Shown: piece after piece, positions 10,517-20,358 of the stretch | How positions within the stretch are numbered: the first letter of the stretch is position 1 | Layout of the letters: every line of letters begins with the position of its first letter | Origin: a virus | Direction: 5' to 3' (one strand) | Length of the DNA stretch: 64,000 nucleotides | IMG/VR virus record: IMGVR_UViG_3300032087_004763 | Coordinates: 64,001-128,000 of that record | The notes under the pieces: generated by a model | Told to the model about the DNA's origin: nothing | What the model saw: only the letters and a program-made list of their open reading frames with translations | Database searches by the model: none | Made by a program: the position numbers and the translations under genes

Positions 10517-10844
10517 CGATCTCTTCACTTTCTTTCTGTAGTAGTCTCTGTAAGTCAGCAGTCGACCCTACAAATATATTTTGCTGATGTTCTATCTGTT
10601 TACTGTCTTTTGTTGGTTGGGTGATATCTTTATGCTTTTTATTAAGGTCCATCAGCTTATCGTTGATGTCTGAGATATTCTTCAACATGCCGGCAAGGAC
10701 TTCATACGCCCGCGGGTGCTCGGACTCACGTGCCACGTGGATCATGTCTTCGAGGCCCTCGCGACCTTTCTCAATCAGATCGTAGTATGTCTCACGCGAA
10801 TAATCATAATCGCTTTTTACATTATCATCTTTATCACTCATCAT
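10494..10844 (-). CDS. gp16: Small terminase subunit
   Basis: DYDYSRE, HPRAYEV, IFVGSTADLQ motifs; upstream of gp17. Confidence 0.93.
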   Translation of the reverse strand: MMSDKDDNVKSDYDYSRETYYDLIEKGREGLEDMIHVARESEHPRAYEVLAGMLKNISDINDKLMDLNKKHKDITQPTKDSKQIEHQQNIFVGSTADLQRLLQKESEEIDVTPTDE

Positions 10845-11626
10845 GCACTATCTATAATTGTCGTTATGAATCCAAAGTCAGAATCAGCCATTCCATGAAT
10901 ACCAGCTGAATCTTTTACATTTACTCGTATTGTTTCTAATCCTCTTGACGAATCGTTTAATCCGACACCAAGCTGATGCATGACAGCATCAACCTGTCTG
11001 ATAATACTACTATTAGATATTGGTCCATGGAAACTTACTTTCATTTCAAAATCAAGTGTGTATACTATCGTTCTTCTTGATTCAATAGCCCCTTCGAAAT
11101 CGTCTTGAAAAGATAGACCTTGAATAATGATTGGAATATCTTCCTTAAACTCAGGATATTCCTGTGTAAAAGGTTTAATTGTCAGTGTATACTGCGGATT
11201 AAAGAACGGCAATATTTGTTCTACTACCTGTAATGCATCATCCTGGCTTTTCGCATAAATGTTTAACTGAAAATTAATCGTCCACGGAACTGGTGGAAAA
11301 AACTTCTGCCTAGACCCAGTGCTAGAACCTAAAGTGTTGAACGTATTTACTTTTGTTAACTGTCTCGCAAGGTCATAAGTAAAGTTTGTAATCTCAAACG
11401 ACATACGAGGAAGCTTAATAGCAACTTGTGTATCAGCGCTTAGGTCTGGGTTCTCTCTTATTCTCTCTAGATATTTGTGTTTCGGTGCGTATGACAGTGG
11501 AACCTTTACTTGACTAATAACAGACCCAGCAGAATTTTTACGTAGCACGTAGAGGTTATTAAACATGCGACCGAAGATAGAAACACACTTCCGGATTTTT
11601 TCATGATAGTAGTAAGTCCCAAACAT
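10841..11626 (-). CDS. gp15: Tail sheath stabilizer / tail terminator
   Basis: VPLSYAPK, LPRMSFE, EQILPFFNP motifs; synteny 13-14-15-16-17. Confidence 0.94.
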   Translation of the reverse strand: MFGTYYYHEKIRKCVSIFGRMFNNLYVLRKNSAGSVISQVKVPLSYAPKHKYLERIRENPDLSADTQVAIKLPRMSFEITNFTYDLARQLTKVNTFNTLGSSTGSRQKFFPPVPWTINFQLNIYAKSQDDALQVVEQILPFFNPQYTLTIKPFTQEYPEFKEDIPIIIQGLSFQDDFEGAIESRRTIVYTLDFEMKVSFHGPISNSSIIRQVDAVMHQLGVGLNDSSRGLETIRVNVKDSAGIHGMADSDFGFITTIIDSA

Positions 11627-12510
11627 TAATTATTCTCCGGATCACCAAATGGGTTAGTTTCAGTAAAGTCTAAGAAATCAGTCGACTGAGTACTAAAGTC
11701 TAAGCTTTGTTCATTAGATGCTATCTTGTTATCTTCGGCTACAGCTGATATCGTAAAATCTGAATCCTGGATTCTTAGTGTTCCACCAGAAACGAAGTTG
11801 TGGAACTTGCCGTCATCAGCACCGGCATGAATCAGGTGTACCTTATTATCTGAGTCAGACCATTTCGAGATCTCACCCTGCATCACAACACCGCTACCGA
11901 ATGTTTGAGTCGCAATCAAGCCGATACGATCGTTAATAGACAGTGGGCTATTGTGATCAACAGTCAGTACATAAGTGTATGAGTAGTCTGTTTCAATCTT
12001 ATCTATCTCTGCGATTCCAGTGTCTAGATCTTCATCATTGTACTCGAACAAGGTAGCTCTGAGTTTAAAGACAGGTAAGTTTGACAACTGATAGAATGGT
12101 TGCTCGTGCTCCACATGGCGGATCTCAAACAACTTATTTGTCATAGGTAAGTAGATAAGATCACCCTCAAATGGCCTAACCGCTGTTACGCCGCTATCCA
12201 TCCTTGCAACTTGTTGAGTCCATCTTCTTCTCGATACAACAAATGTCGCTTCATCGCGGATCTCGACACCAAACCGAGTAAAGAGATCACCTTCTCCATC
12301 AAAGCCATCGACATTCTCAATATACATCTCAATCTTATGTGATGAGTTAAATCTTGATGGGACATCCTCACCAAAAATTCTGTCTTCTCCGACCAGATCA
12401 CGTGGAAGATAATATACATCTTGGCCGTATACTTTCAACGACTCGATGACAATATCTTCGTATAAGTTCTGTTCTGATCTGACCTTGTCAGAGAAGTATA
12501 AATTTTTCAT
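11626..12510 (-). CDS. gp14: Neck protein
   Basis: YGQDVYYLPR, FGVEIRDE, EGDLIY, PFYQL motifs; synteny. Confidence 0.94.
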   Translation of the reverse strand: MKNLYFSDKVRSEQNLYEDIVIESLKVYGQDVYYLPRDLVGEDRIFGEDVPSRFNSSHKIEMYIENVDGFDGEGDLFTRFGVEIRDEATFVVSRRRWTQQVARMDSGVTAVRPFEGDLIYLPMTNKLFEIRHVEHEQPFYQLSNLPVFKLRATLFEYNDEDLDTGIAEIDKIETDYSYTYVLTVDHNSPLSINDRIGLIATQTFGSGVVMQGEISKWSDSDNKVHLIHAGADDGKFHNFVSGGTLRIQDSDFTISAVAEDNKIASNEQSLDFSTQSTDFLDFTETNPFGDPENN

Positions 12511-12511
12511 A

Positions 12512-13267
12512 TTAACCTACAAAGAATCCTGGTGGCATCTCGTGTTCGAGACGAATGGCTTCACGATGCTGTTGAATCTCGTTTGTAGCATCATCGTAGA
12601 TCTGTCTTCCATTTAGCGTGACTCCACCTGGAAGCTGCATACCTTCAAACTTAATTAGGTTCTGACCCCACTGCTGTTTGATGAGAGACGTAGTATACTC
12701 TTTAAGCCATAGATCATTATAGATCGATGTACTTGTATCCGGATCAATGATCTGATAAACCTCTGCAATAATGTAATCACCAGCCTTGATATCATCATCA
12801 GCAAAGTCTCCAAAGATATACAGACGATTCTGCTTACGAGAAAACTGAACTTGTGGATGGCCATTGAGTTTCATGTCGAGTAATGAGAGATACTGTTGCA
12901 TCTGCTCATAGTAAGCAAGGTCACCGGCAAAATGAATTAGTGACGCCATATCGTTTAGCATCATCTGATACTTGATGTCAAAAAAGTTTCGACCAGAGTT
13001 AAAATTAGATGCTAGTGGAAAAAGCTTTGAGACATATGTAATATTTGAATTAAGAGAGATGTACTCGTTCGTAACATCAGATTCTGTCACTAGGTGTTTC
13101 AGGTATGTACGTAGCGTAGCTTCACCATGATATTCCTGATAGTATTGTAAAGCTTCGTCAACGCGATCTTCGAGTTGGTCTTCGTCGACGTTGATTTCTA
13201 TAACAGGATCACCCAACCGGCGCTTGCAATAGTCTATCAATGTCGATCTTGAGTTCGGGTTTGCCAT
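12512..13267 (-). CDS. gp13: Neck protein / head-tail adaptor
   Basis: LGDPVIEINV, KQQWGQNLIKF, LPGGVTLNG motifs. Confidence 0.95.
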   Translation of the reverse strand: MANPNSRSTLIDYCKRRLGDPVIEINVDEDQLEDRVDEALQYYQEYHGEATLRTYLKHLVTESDVTNEYISLNSNITYVSKLFPLASNFNSGRNFFDIKYQMMLNDMASLIHFAGDLAYYEQMQQYLSLLDMKLNGHPQVQFSRKQNRLYIFGDFADDDIKAGDYIIAEVYQIIDPDTSTSIYNDLWLKEYTTSLIKQQWGQNLIKFEGMQLPGGVTLNGRQIYDDATNEIQQHREAIRLEHEMPPGFFVG

Positions 13268-13294
13268 AGAATTATCCTTTAATGGTTCTATGGT

Positions 13295-13302
13295 TATTTA
13301 TA
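13295..13302 (-). promoter_or_regulatory. T4-type late promoter TATAAATA
   Basis: Exact consensus upstream of gp13. Confidence 0.8.
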
Positions 13303-13312
13303 TGTTTTGAAT

Positions 13313-14365
13313 CTAGAGGTAGCGAATATTCTGTATTCCAGGATAATTTACTAAACCTAAGACATCTGGCGTATACCCTTCAGGAAAATCAACCTCAATC
13401 CTTGGCATAACTGTATCTAAATGTAATTTACCTGCTGCTTCATATACATCATACTCTTCAGCAAGTTTCTTCATCCATAGATACCACCCATAGTCACCAA
13501 CTTCGTCACCCCGATCATTCTCTATATTTTTATTTTCTTCTACAACCCCCGGCACACGCGTATCATAAACATAGGTAGGATATCTATCGTAAAGGTGTCT
13601 CAGTTTTAAGTTACCTCTGACATGTGCATCTTTATACACAAGATAGAGTAATGTATCTTCTCCGACTACAAAGTCTGGATCATAACTATATCCGCTGACT
13701 GCGTTCTTCGAGAACATGACAAGTCTATGGTGTGTTTCCCATTTACTTAAATATTTGTAGCAGTGCGTTGCCCAATGTTTATGAGTATCAGATAGGTCAT
13801 TGCTCCAATCATTTCTCTTGGCTATGAGAGTTCCGTTAATTGCTCTCTGCCACCAGTCATAGGTATGTAAAAAACATCGTACTCCGTGACCATGAATTTT
13901 TTCTGGATTAGCCCTATCATTACAACCTAAAAATGGATCTGATACGCCTGGTACAATGGGATTGGTAATAGCCAGTAGTTCATCATAACCATTTTCTCTC
14001 CAGATACCAAATTGATATTCAAGTGCTAGTACATCAATTTCATCACTGTGCTGAGCAATTTGTTTATATGCCCAAACACCATGAGGTGTTATGAAGTCAT
14101 CTCCATCAATTAAAACCGCATAGTCATAACTAGAGGCACGGAATAAATCATAGACTGAATTTTTTCCTTGGCTCGCAGTTCCATTACTCTCAGTGACTAC
14201 ATATTCAATACTATTAGCAGTACAATGGGCAATAGCTGATTCTTTAAAATCCTCATCTTGTGTGTTAATGACAATTGTCATCTCATCAACAGGAATTGTT
14301 CTTTGATGCCTCTTAAGAGAATGCATATTTCTGCAGCAGAGAACGTAGAATCTAACAGTTTTCAT
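13313..14365 (-). CDS. Putative GT-A fold glycosyltransferase
   Basis: SNGTASQGKN, YAVLIDGDDF (DxD) and VGED motifs resemble GT2-like enzymes. Confidence 0.6.
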   Translation of the reverse strand: MKTVRFYVLCCRNMHSLKRHQRTIPVDEMTIVINTQDEDFKESAIAHCTANSIEYVVTESNGTASQGKNSVYDLFRASSYDYAVLIDGDDFITPHGVWAYKQIAQHSDEIDVLALEYQFGIWRENGYDELLAITNPIVPGVSDPFLGCNDRANPEKIHGHGVRCFLHTYDWWQRAINGTLIAKRNDWSNDLSDTHKHWATHCYKYLSKWETHHRLVMFSKNAVSGYSYDPDFVVGEDTLLYLVYKDAHVRGNLKLRHLYDRYPTYVYDTRVPGVVEENKNIENDRGDEVGDYGWYLWMKKLAEEYDVYEAAGKLHLDTVMPRIEVDFPEGYTPDVLGLVNYPGIQNIRYL

Positions 14366-14369
14366 ACTA

Positions 14370-14897
14370 TTACTCTATCGGTTTTGTAGGCCATGTGACA
14401 TCCGTCGGAAATCCTGATTGGCCTGGTATATCTCTTAAAGCTTGTCGATACGTAATCATTGCAGTTGAAGGGTTTCTATCAGATACCATTTCGAAATCAG
14501 TTTGCATTAAAAGGACATCGCGCTTATTTCTTATCATATTAGCTAATTCATCATTTGACAAATCTTGAACAGTCCAACCAACTGTAATTGTAGTCTCTGT
14601 TTCTGTATTTGTCTTCACTAATTTTTGAGTTGACGTGTCATATGTAGGCTCAGTTTCGTACACAACTTCTTTTAGGCTACCAGTATCAGTAGTTAACTCA
14701 AAATTACTACTGCTACTTAATTTATCCCAGTGGGAGATAGCTTCTTCTACACCTTCTTTTGCAACCTCATGTATTATTGTATCGTTAAAATCGTCAACTG
14801 CTCGTCTCACATAATAGTCTGGGTTATTCTCTTTAGAATACCGTATCATGATCTGTGAACTAACTTGATCTAATTTTGTAATTTTATATGAAATCAT
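14370..14897 (-). CDS. Tail fibre assembly chaperone-like protein
   Basis: C-terminal IRNKRDVLL...YRQALRDIPGQSGFPTDVTWPTKP typical of phage tail assembly chaperones. Confidence 0.8.
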   Translation of the reverse strand: MISYKITKLDQVSSQIMIRYSKENNPDYYVRRAVDDFNDTIIHEVAKEGVEEAISHWDKLSSSSNFELTTDTGSLKEVVYETEPTYDTSTQKLVKTNTETETTITVGWTVQDLSNDELANMIRNKRDVLLMQTDFEMVSDRNPSTAMITYRQALRDIPGQSGFPTDVTWPTKPIE

Positions 14898-14908
14898 TAT
14901 AAATCCTA

Positions 14909-15583
14909 CTATGTAAATTTAATAAATGCCGATCCGGTATTATTACTCTGATATCGTATTGCGGTCCATAATTTTTGTAAATCATCACTTGCACTTGGAT
15001 TGCTTTGTACGAAACTCCAATAATACCGGGTTGTGGATCTTTCGTTCAAAAGTCTTGTATGTGTACCATAATAGTTTCGAGCTGTTCTATTAAATGAAAC
15101 ATCGACTGTTCCTAAACCACCAGATACACCGTCTGTTGCTTTCACGTGCATAGTGTTCCATCCATAATCAGCACTATTTGAACTCGATAGCACTAAGATA
15201 ATCGGATTTCCAGAGACGCCTGTACCAGCATAGTTAGCGATTGTGAATCCAGTTATATTATTAGATATACCTGGATTAGTTTTACTTATAGCACCAAAAG
15301 CTGCATACCAATCATCGGCTGGTGCTTCTGGATATAAAAAGTCTCCACCGTTCAATGCCTGATAACCGTGCCTCTCAGCTCCAAATGTAGTATCTTCTCT
15401 TACAGTAACAGTAGCGCTTCGAGTTGTGGCACCATAAAAATCATCAAGTGCTATTTCACCAGATGATGGAACACCAGTATATCCATCAACACCATAGTAC
15501 TCGTTGAGTCCGTGAGGCGTCGATCCACCAAACTCAGTTGCGATATCCTGTATGTCAATTGCTCCAGATGTTTGTAGAGGCAT
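14909..15583 (-). CDS. Distal fibre tip / adhesin-like protein
   Basis: N-terminal MPLQTSGAIDIQDIATEFGG...LNEYYG...PSSGEIALDDFYG module seen on fibre-tip proteins; variable C-terminus. Confidence 0.6.
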   Translation of the reverse strand: MPLQTSGAIDIQDIATEFGGSTPHGLNEYYGVDGYTGVPSSGEIALDDFYGATTRSATVTVREDTTFGAERHGYQALNGGDFLYPEAPADDWYAAFGAISKTNPGISNNITGFTIANYAGTGVSGNPIILVLSSSNSADYGWNTMHVKATDGVSGGLGTVDVSFNRTARNYYGTHTRLLNERSTTRYYWSFVQSNPSASDDLQKLWTAIRYQSNNTGSAFIKFT

Positions 15584-16326
15584 TACATTGATCCATATGC
15601 TGTGACGTTTCCGACAACGGTCAGGTTGCCAGATGCATCGAGTTTCATTTTATTTGTACCACCAGTTGCAAAGTATAACACTCCGCTTGACTCAGTGATT
15701 GTCCAGTTACCAAGATCGACTGTTGCTGCATTTACCTTTCCGCTGACAGTCAAATCATTTGATGTTGCGTTAAACGTAAGCCCAGCATCTCCGCCAAATG
15801 ATCCACTGTTATTAAACTGAACTTGAGTGTTTGATCCACCCGGTGAAGTACTCCCACCACCTCCACCACCAAATGTGCCAGTAGGCAATCTATCAGAATC
15901 AATAGTACCAGCGGTAATTTTTGATGCATTGAGTGATGGTATTCTAGCTGCATCAAATGTACCAGATGTAATTTTAGACGTTGCTAGATTAGGTATGTCA
16001 GATGCCGATAAAGATAATCTAGCTGAAGGAACTGTACCACTACTAAGTTTCGATGCATTTAAATTAGTTAGGCTTGCGCCAGATCCAGAAAACGTTGTTC
16101 CTGTTACAGTACCACTTACAATGACACCAGCTGCATCAGTCTTTAGCTTTGTACTACCTTGGTGCATTAACTCAAAGGTACCATCACTATCCTTAGTAGT
16201 CAGCTTTGTTGCTCTTTCTTCTTTCTTAGATATAGCAGCTACAAATTCATCGGAGTCTGCAGCAGTGAATGCTACTACAGACTTAGTCTTAGTACGAGGA
16301 TTATATACGGTCTTAAATTTTGCCAT
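15583..16326 (-). CDS. Short tail fibre segment protein
   Basis: SKITSGT repeats, PGGSNTQVQFN, C-terminal KMKLDASGNLTVVGNVTAYG. Confidence 0.7.
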   Translation of the reverse strand: MAKFKTVYNPRTKTKSVVAFTAADSDEFVAAISKKEERATKLTTKDSDGTFELMHQGSTKLKTDAAGVIVSGTVTGTTFSGSGASLTNLNASKLSSGTVPSARLSLSASDIPNLATSKITSGTFDAARIPSLNASKITAGTIDSDRLPTGTFGGGGGGSTSPGGSNTQVQFNNSGSFGGDAGLTFNATSNDLTVSGKVNAATVDLGNWTITESSGVLYFATGGTNKMKLDASGNLTVVGNVTAYGSM

Positions 16327-18185
16327 TAGGAAATTACTCCGAATTCTTCTGTAAGCGACCCTGTTAAGCCTGTTATATTATTAGCAGATCCGCTCGAAAA
16401 TGTTATCGAGTATGGAACAAAACTTGTTGCATGCCCTTGAAAAAAGTAAGGTCCGTTGAAATCATCAGCCACAAGGTTTACTACCCAATCATTAGTATCA
16501 GTTTGGTACATATCTAGCGTAAAGCTTCTAATTGAATAATTTGAACCAAGCCCTGTTAAAAGATCAGTAGTACTAGCAGATGCTTTAGTGCCTAAAGTTG
16601 AGTTATAATATACTCCGGTCCAAGTAACAGATGCACCACTTGTTTGAACAGTCAATATCGGGCTATTTGGACCACTCGAAGCTGTAATATCGTGAGCTAC
16701 CCATCTCAAATGTGTCTGAGCTGATGTTGATGCATTTGGCACCGAGTTAGAAATAGTTAAACTAGTAGCCGCATTACCGCTTGTCGTAATATCAGTATAC
16801 AATTTAACAGGAACGCTACCGGTGTTATCAGGAAAAGTAATTGTTCGATCAGCTGTTGGATCAGTAACAGTGAGTGTTGTTTCGTGTGCGTCTGCTGTAG
16901 CACCTTCAAATATAATATCTCCTGTTATATCAATCTGGCCCGTGACATTAATACCTGCGGAGTCTGTTTCAAGCTTTACGCCATTATTAGCACGAAGTGC
17001 GCACTTAGTTGTTACACCTCCTTCAAATGAAGCTGCTATTTGCGATGTACCATTATTATTAGTTGTAATTATTTGAATATCGTCGGTCTGCTTACGAGCC
17101 CAAATATAATTAAATCCGGGCGTATGTAACATAACAAGATCATCTTCGTCGCCCATTCCTAATACGCCTGCACCTAATGTGTTACCACTGATCACACTTA
17201 AAGCATTACCATCGTTTCTTAACAATAATGACGGCGGAGAGGTAGCACCTGTCTCGAGAACGACATCTTCATACATGCTAACACTATTTGAATCAAATGT
17301 TGCAACTGGAAAATTATTTGTTCTAATAGAAACATGTTGACCGGCTCTTGCATTCAATATTGTTTTACCAGCAGAGTCTTGGTAAAGTGCAGTACGATCA
17401 ATATGGCCACCCTGATCCTCATGACAAAATACTGCAACGTTAGTAGCACCTGCAAATCCACCACCAACTTTCGCGCGCCCAAAAGTTGCATGGAGATCTT
17501 GGCTAGGATGCCCTTGGATACTATTATCTGCAACTTTTAAAGCTGTTGTGCCAGCAACTTGAAGTAATAAATCACCAGTTCCATTTTCATTAATTATACT
17601 ATTACTTCCATTATGAAAAATTTCAAGATCGCTACTAGTACCGAAATTAAGTTTTTCATTATCATTGAATACAACAGTCTTGACACCGGCAGAATCTAGA
17701 CCGCTACCACCACCAAATACGCCAAGTGGTAATCTTGCAGAGTCAATTGTACCACTACCAATATTGTCTGCATTTAAAGATGTAAGCGCCGATCCAGAAC
17801 CGTAGAACCTACCGTCAGTAGTGGTTATATCACCGGTAACCGTGATTGAGTCAGCGTTGAGTCCACCAGTTATCTGAACGATATGTTTAGCTGTGTCAGT
17901 ACTTGAGTCAGTACCAATGAGAACATGACCTGAGAACTCTGCTAAACGAATCTCACCGTCGTCATCAACTTCGATTGATGGGATACCTGAGATATCGTTG
18001 ACCGAGAATATAGTTCCACCCATACTATCGGCAATAGAGAAAAGCTGACCAACCTGACCTTCGAATGATAACGTGTCACTCGACAACATATTTGCTGTGA
18101 TAGTATTGGTTTTGTCTGAATCGACGAATGCGATGTTTTGTGATTGTAGTCCGTTCTTGACTACAAATCTTTTGTCGTTAGCCAT
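16326..18185 (-). CDS. Tail fibre protein (probable start MANDKR at 18185)
   Basis: KRFVVKNGL N-terminus, DNEKLNFG..DLEIFHNG and FEGATADAHETTLTVTDPTADRTITFPD fibre modules; GGAG upstream. Confidence 0.75.
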   Translation of the reverse strand: MANDKRFVVKNGLQSQNIAFVDSDKTNTITANMLSSDTLSFEGQVGQLFSIADSMGGTIFSVNDISGIPSIEVDDDGEIRLAEFSGHVLIGTDSSTDTAKHIVQITGGLNADSITVTGDITTTDGRFYGSGSALTSLNADNIGSGTIDSARLPLGVFGGGSGLDSAGVKTVVFNDNEKLNFGTSSDLEIFHNGSNSIINENGTGDLLLQVAGTTALKVADNSIQGHPSQDLHATFGRAKVGGGFAGATNVAVFCHEDQGGHIDRTALYQDSAGKTILNARAGQHVSIRTNNFPVATFDSNSVSMYEDVVLETGATSPPSLLLRNDGNALSVISGNTLGAGVLGMGDEDDLVMLHTPGFNYIWARKQTDDIQIITTNNNGTSQIAASFEGGVTTKCALRANNGVKLETDSAGINVTGQIDITGDIIFEGATADAHETTLTVTDPTADRTITFPDNTGSVPVKLYTDITTSGNAATSLTISNSVPNASTSAQTHLRWVAHDITASSGPNSPILTVQTSGASVTWTGVYYNSTLGTKASASTTDLLTGLGSNYSIRSFTLDMYQTDTNDWVVNLVADDFNGPYFFQGHATSFVPYSITFSSGSANNITGLTGSLTEEFGVIS

Positions 18186-18219
18186 CCGGTTCACTCTCCC
18201 CTGTTATGGCGTTTACTTT

Positions 18220-18227
18220 TATTTATA
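18220..18227 (-). promoter_or_regulatory. T4-type late promoter TATAAATA
   Basis: Exact consensus overlapping the stop of the last LamG gene. Confidence 0.75.
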
Positions 18228-18882
18228 TTGGAAACCTTCCACGTAACGCATTATAATTTTGTTTAACTTCATCGGCACTTAACATTCTATTATATGCTGT
18301 AAAATGTAGTAGATCACCTTTTAATTCATTTCCAGAATATGAATTACATATTTTAGTAAAATTTAAACTTGCAGATGAATTGTAACCAGATAGAGTGGTT
18401 GCCTGTACACCATCTCGATAAATGTATCCAACTCCACTTCCATCTTGTCCTGCTACAATATACCTCCATGTATCAGCTGATAATGTAGTACTCATTGACT
18501 TAGATACATCATTGTCTTTAAAAGAAAACGTTGTGCTATTTTGTCCGTATATTCCTATTTCATAATTTGCATTAGCATTATCATCTTTAAATAAAAAATT
18601 CCACCAAGTTTCTTCTTGAGATGATGGTACTCGTACAATAAAAGATATACAAAATCCAGTTGAACCACTCAGACTTGTTGAAGATGACATAGTAATGCCA
18701 TCACCTGTTCCATTTGCTTGAAGACCAGCTGATCGATCAATGGTTGATCCAGTAATTGTGCCAGTTTTGGATCCAACAGTGTCTGTAATAGATGAACCAG
18801 ATTCATAACTTTTTTTACTACTAAAATCAATAGAGAAAGCAATATTATTTTTTGCAATGTTAGGTCCAGAATGTGCAGCCAT
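18223..18882 (-). CDS. LamG / concanavalin A-like lectin domain protein (copy 4)
   Basis: WRYIV...IYRDG...YNRMLSADEVKQNYNALRGRF; paralog of the three upstream genes. Confidence 0.8.
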   Translation of the reverse strand: MAAHSGPNIAKNNIAFSIDFSSKKSYESGSSITDTVGSKTGTITGSTIDRSAGLQANGTGDGITMSSSTSLSGSTGFCISFIVRVPSSQEETWWNFLFKDDNANANYEIGIYGQNSTTFSFKDNDVSKSMSTTLSADTWRYIVAGQDGSGVGYIYRDGVQATTLSGYNSSASLNFTKICNSYSGNELKGDLLHFTAYNRMLSADEVKQNYNALRGRFPI

Positions 18883-19586
18883 TAGAGCCCGAACCTCCCT
18901 CGTAATGCATTATAGTTTTGTTTGACTTCGGATGATGATAATGATTTATTGTATAGTCTAATACTATAACACCCCATGTCTGCTGCTTGGCTAGCGGCAA
19001 AACCACCAAGAACTGAATCTTGTTCTTGGTTCAATACCCATCCCTCTGTTGATGTTAAATTATTTGCAGCCGTATAATTGCCACTAAGCACTCCGTTTTT
19101 ATAATAATCTTGTGAACTTCCTTTGTGTACAATAGTTAATAAAAGTTTTTCACCGGCTGAATACGATATATCAGAACCTGAGTTTTTTGATTCATTAAAA
19201 GGAGTAATCTTTGAGTCAGCTTGTCTTGCAATGTAATAATTATTATCTGATGTTGTGGCCATACTATTAAAATATGTTGGAGCAGCAGAGGAAGGAGTGG
19301 CATCAAGTCGAATCCAAAATTCTAATGACCAGTAAGTTCCATCAGATAAATTGTTTAAAGCACTAACAGGTAAAGTAATGTAGTCAGAAGTTTGAGAACC
19401 GTTCATATTAAAACATCCCAAATTTTCTGTTGTGTGTGACACAGAACCAACTATAGATGCATTATATGCATTCCCACTTAAATCACTCCAAGTAGTTCCA
19501 CTGCCTGAATACGATCTCGTATTAGCAGCATCTAAACAAAGTTGCAATCCATCTGTCACAATCCTAGAACCGTGATTCAAGCTCAT
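18882..19586 (-). CDS. LamG / concanavalin A-like lectin domain protein (copy 3)
   Basis: IVTDGLQLCLDAAN..SYSGSGTTWSDLSGN; pentraxin-like QEQD; RLYNKSLSSSEVKQNYNA. Confidence 0.85.
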   Translation of the reverse strand: MSLNHGSRIVTDGLQLCLDAANTRSYSGSGTTWSDLSGNAYNASIVGSVSHTTENLGCFNMNGSQTSDYITLPVSALNNLSDGTYWSLEFWIRLDATPSSAAPTYFNSMATTSDNNYYIARQADSKITPFNESKNSGSDISYSAGEKLLLTIVHKGSSQDYYKNGVLSGNYTAANNLTSTEGWVLNQEQDSVLGGFAASQAADMGCYSIRLYNKSLSSSEVKQNYNALRGRFGL

Positions 19587-20358
19587 AGACCAAACCTTCC
19601 TTTCATCGCATTATAATTTTGCTTCAGCTCATCAGCCGACAATCCTCGGCCATACGCAGAGATAGTAGCAATCAACGAATTTAATACGGGTGCTGAACCA
19701 ATATTTCCACTTGTATTCACATTTCTTGATCCAATTGCAATATCATTCGTAGTACCGTTTCTAGTTCTTGTAATACTGCTAAAAGCTCCTGTTTTTATTT
19801 GAACTGCATCGATATATAATCTGGCAGTAGTTCCATCTCCTGTATATGCAATATGCATCCATCGACCAGTGAGATCAGTATTAGAATATCCAGTAACAGT
19901 ATTTGCTCTCATTAAAATATAACCACCACTTGGATTAGAAGACTCAGCAGTTGCTGAAACTGATTCAATTCCTCCTGCAGTATCAATCCATAATCCATTC
20001 GTAGCACCAGAATACCAACCGCTTTGTGCTTTATTAATCAGCGTACCATAATTCCCTAAAGATTGAACATACACCCAACCACAAAGAGTAAAGTTAGTTG
20101 ATGAACCAAACACTGCAGATTCAATTTCTGAATCATGAGGTACTGATGCATAACTTCCGCTGTCAAAGTCAAGCGAACCTTTATTGTTTGCATCGAATGA
20201 TGCCAATGGGCTACCTTTAGTAGTCGCATTCCTTCCGTTACCACTTAGATCTGTCCAAGTTGTACCACTACCTGGATATGATCTAGAATTTGCTGCGTCT
20301 AGATGCAACATAAGACTATCAGTTACAATTCTAGAACCGTGATTCAAGCTCATAGACC
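19564..20358. repeat. 28-nt perfect direct repeat at LamG gene junctions
   Basis: CTAGAACCGTGATTCAAGCTCATAGACC at 19564-19591 and 20331-20358. Confidence 0.9.
19583..20353 (-). CDS. LamG / concanavalin A-like lectin domain protein (copy 2)
   Basis: LHLDAANSRSYPGSGTTWTDLSGN, WMHIAYT..LYID, LSADELKQNYNA. Confidence 0.85.
   Translation of the reverse strand: MSLNHGSRIVTDSLMLHLDAANSRSYPGSGTTWTDLSGNGRNATTKGSPLASFDANNKGSLDFDSGSYASVPHDSEIESAVFGSSTNFTLCGWVYVQSLGNYGTLINKAQSGWYSGATNGLWIDTAGGIESVSATAESSNPSGGYILMRANTVTGYSNTDLTGRWMHIAYTGDGTTARLYIDAVQIKTGAFSSITRTRNGTTNDIAIGSRNVNTSGNIGSAPVLNSLIATISAYGRGLSADELKQNYNAMKGRFGL

Noticed and set aside
8918-10528. Intein or intron in terminase or other core genes
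   Set aside because: gp17, gp20, gp18 and gp32 are continuous and of ordinary length.
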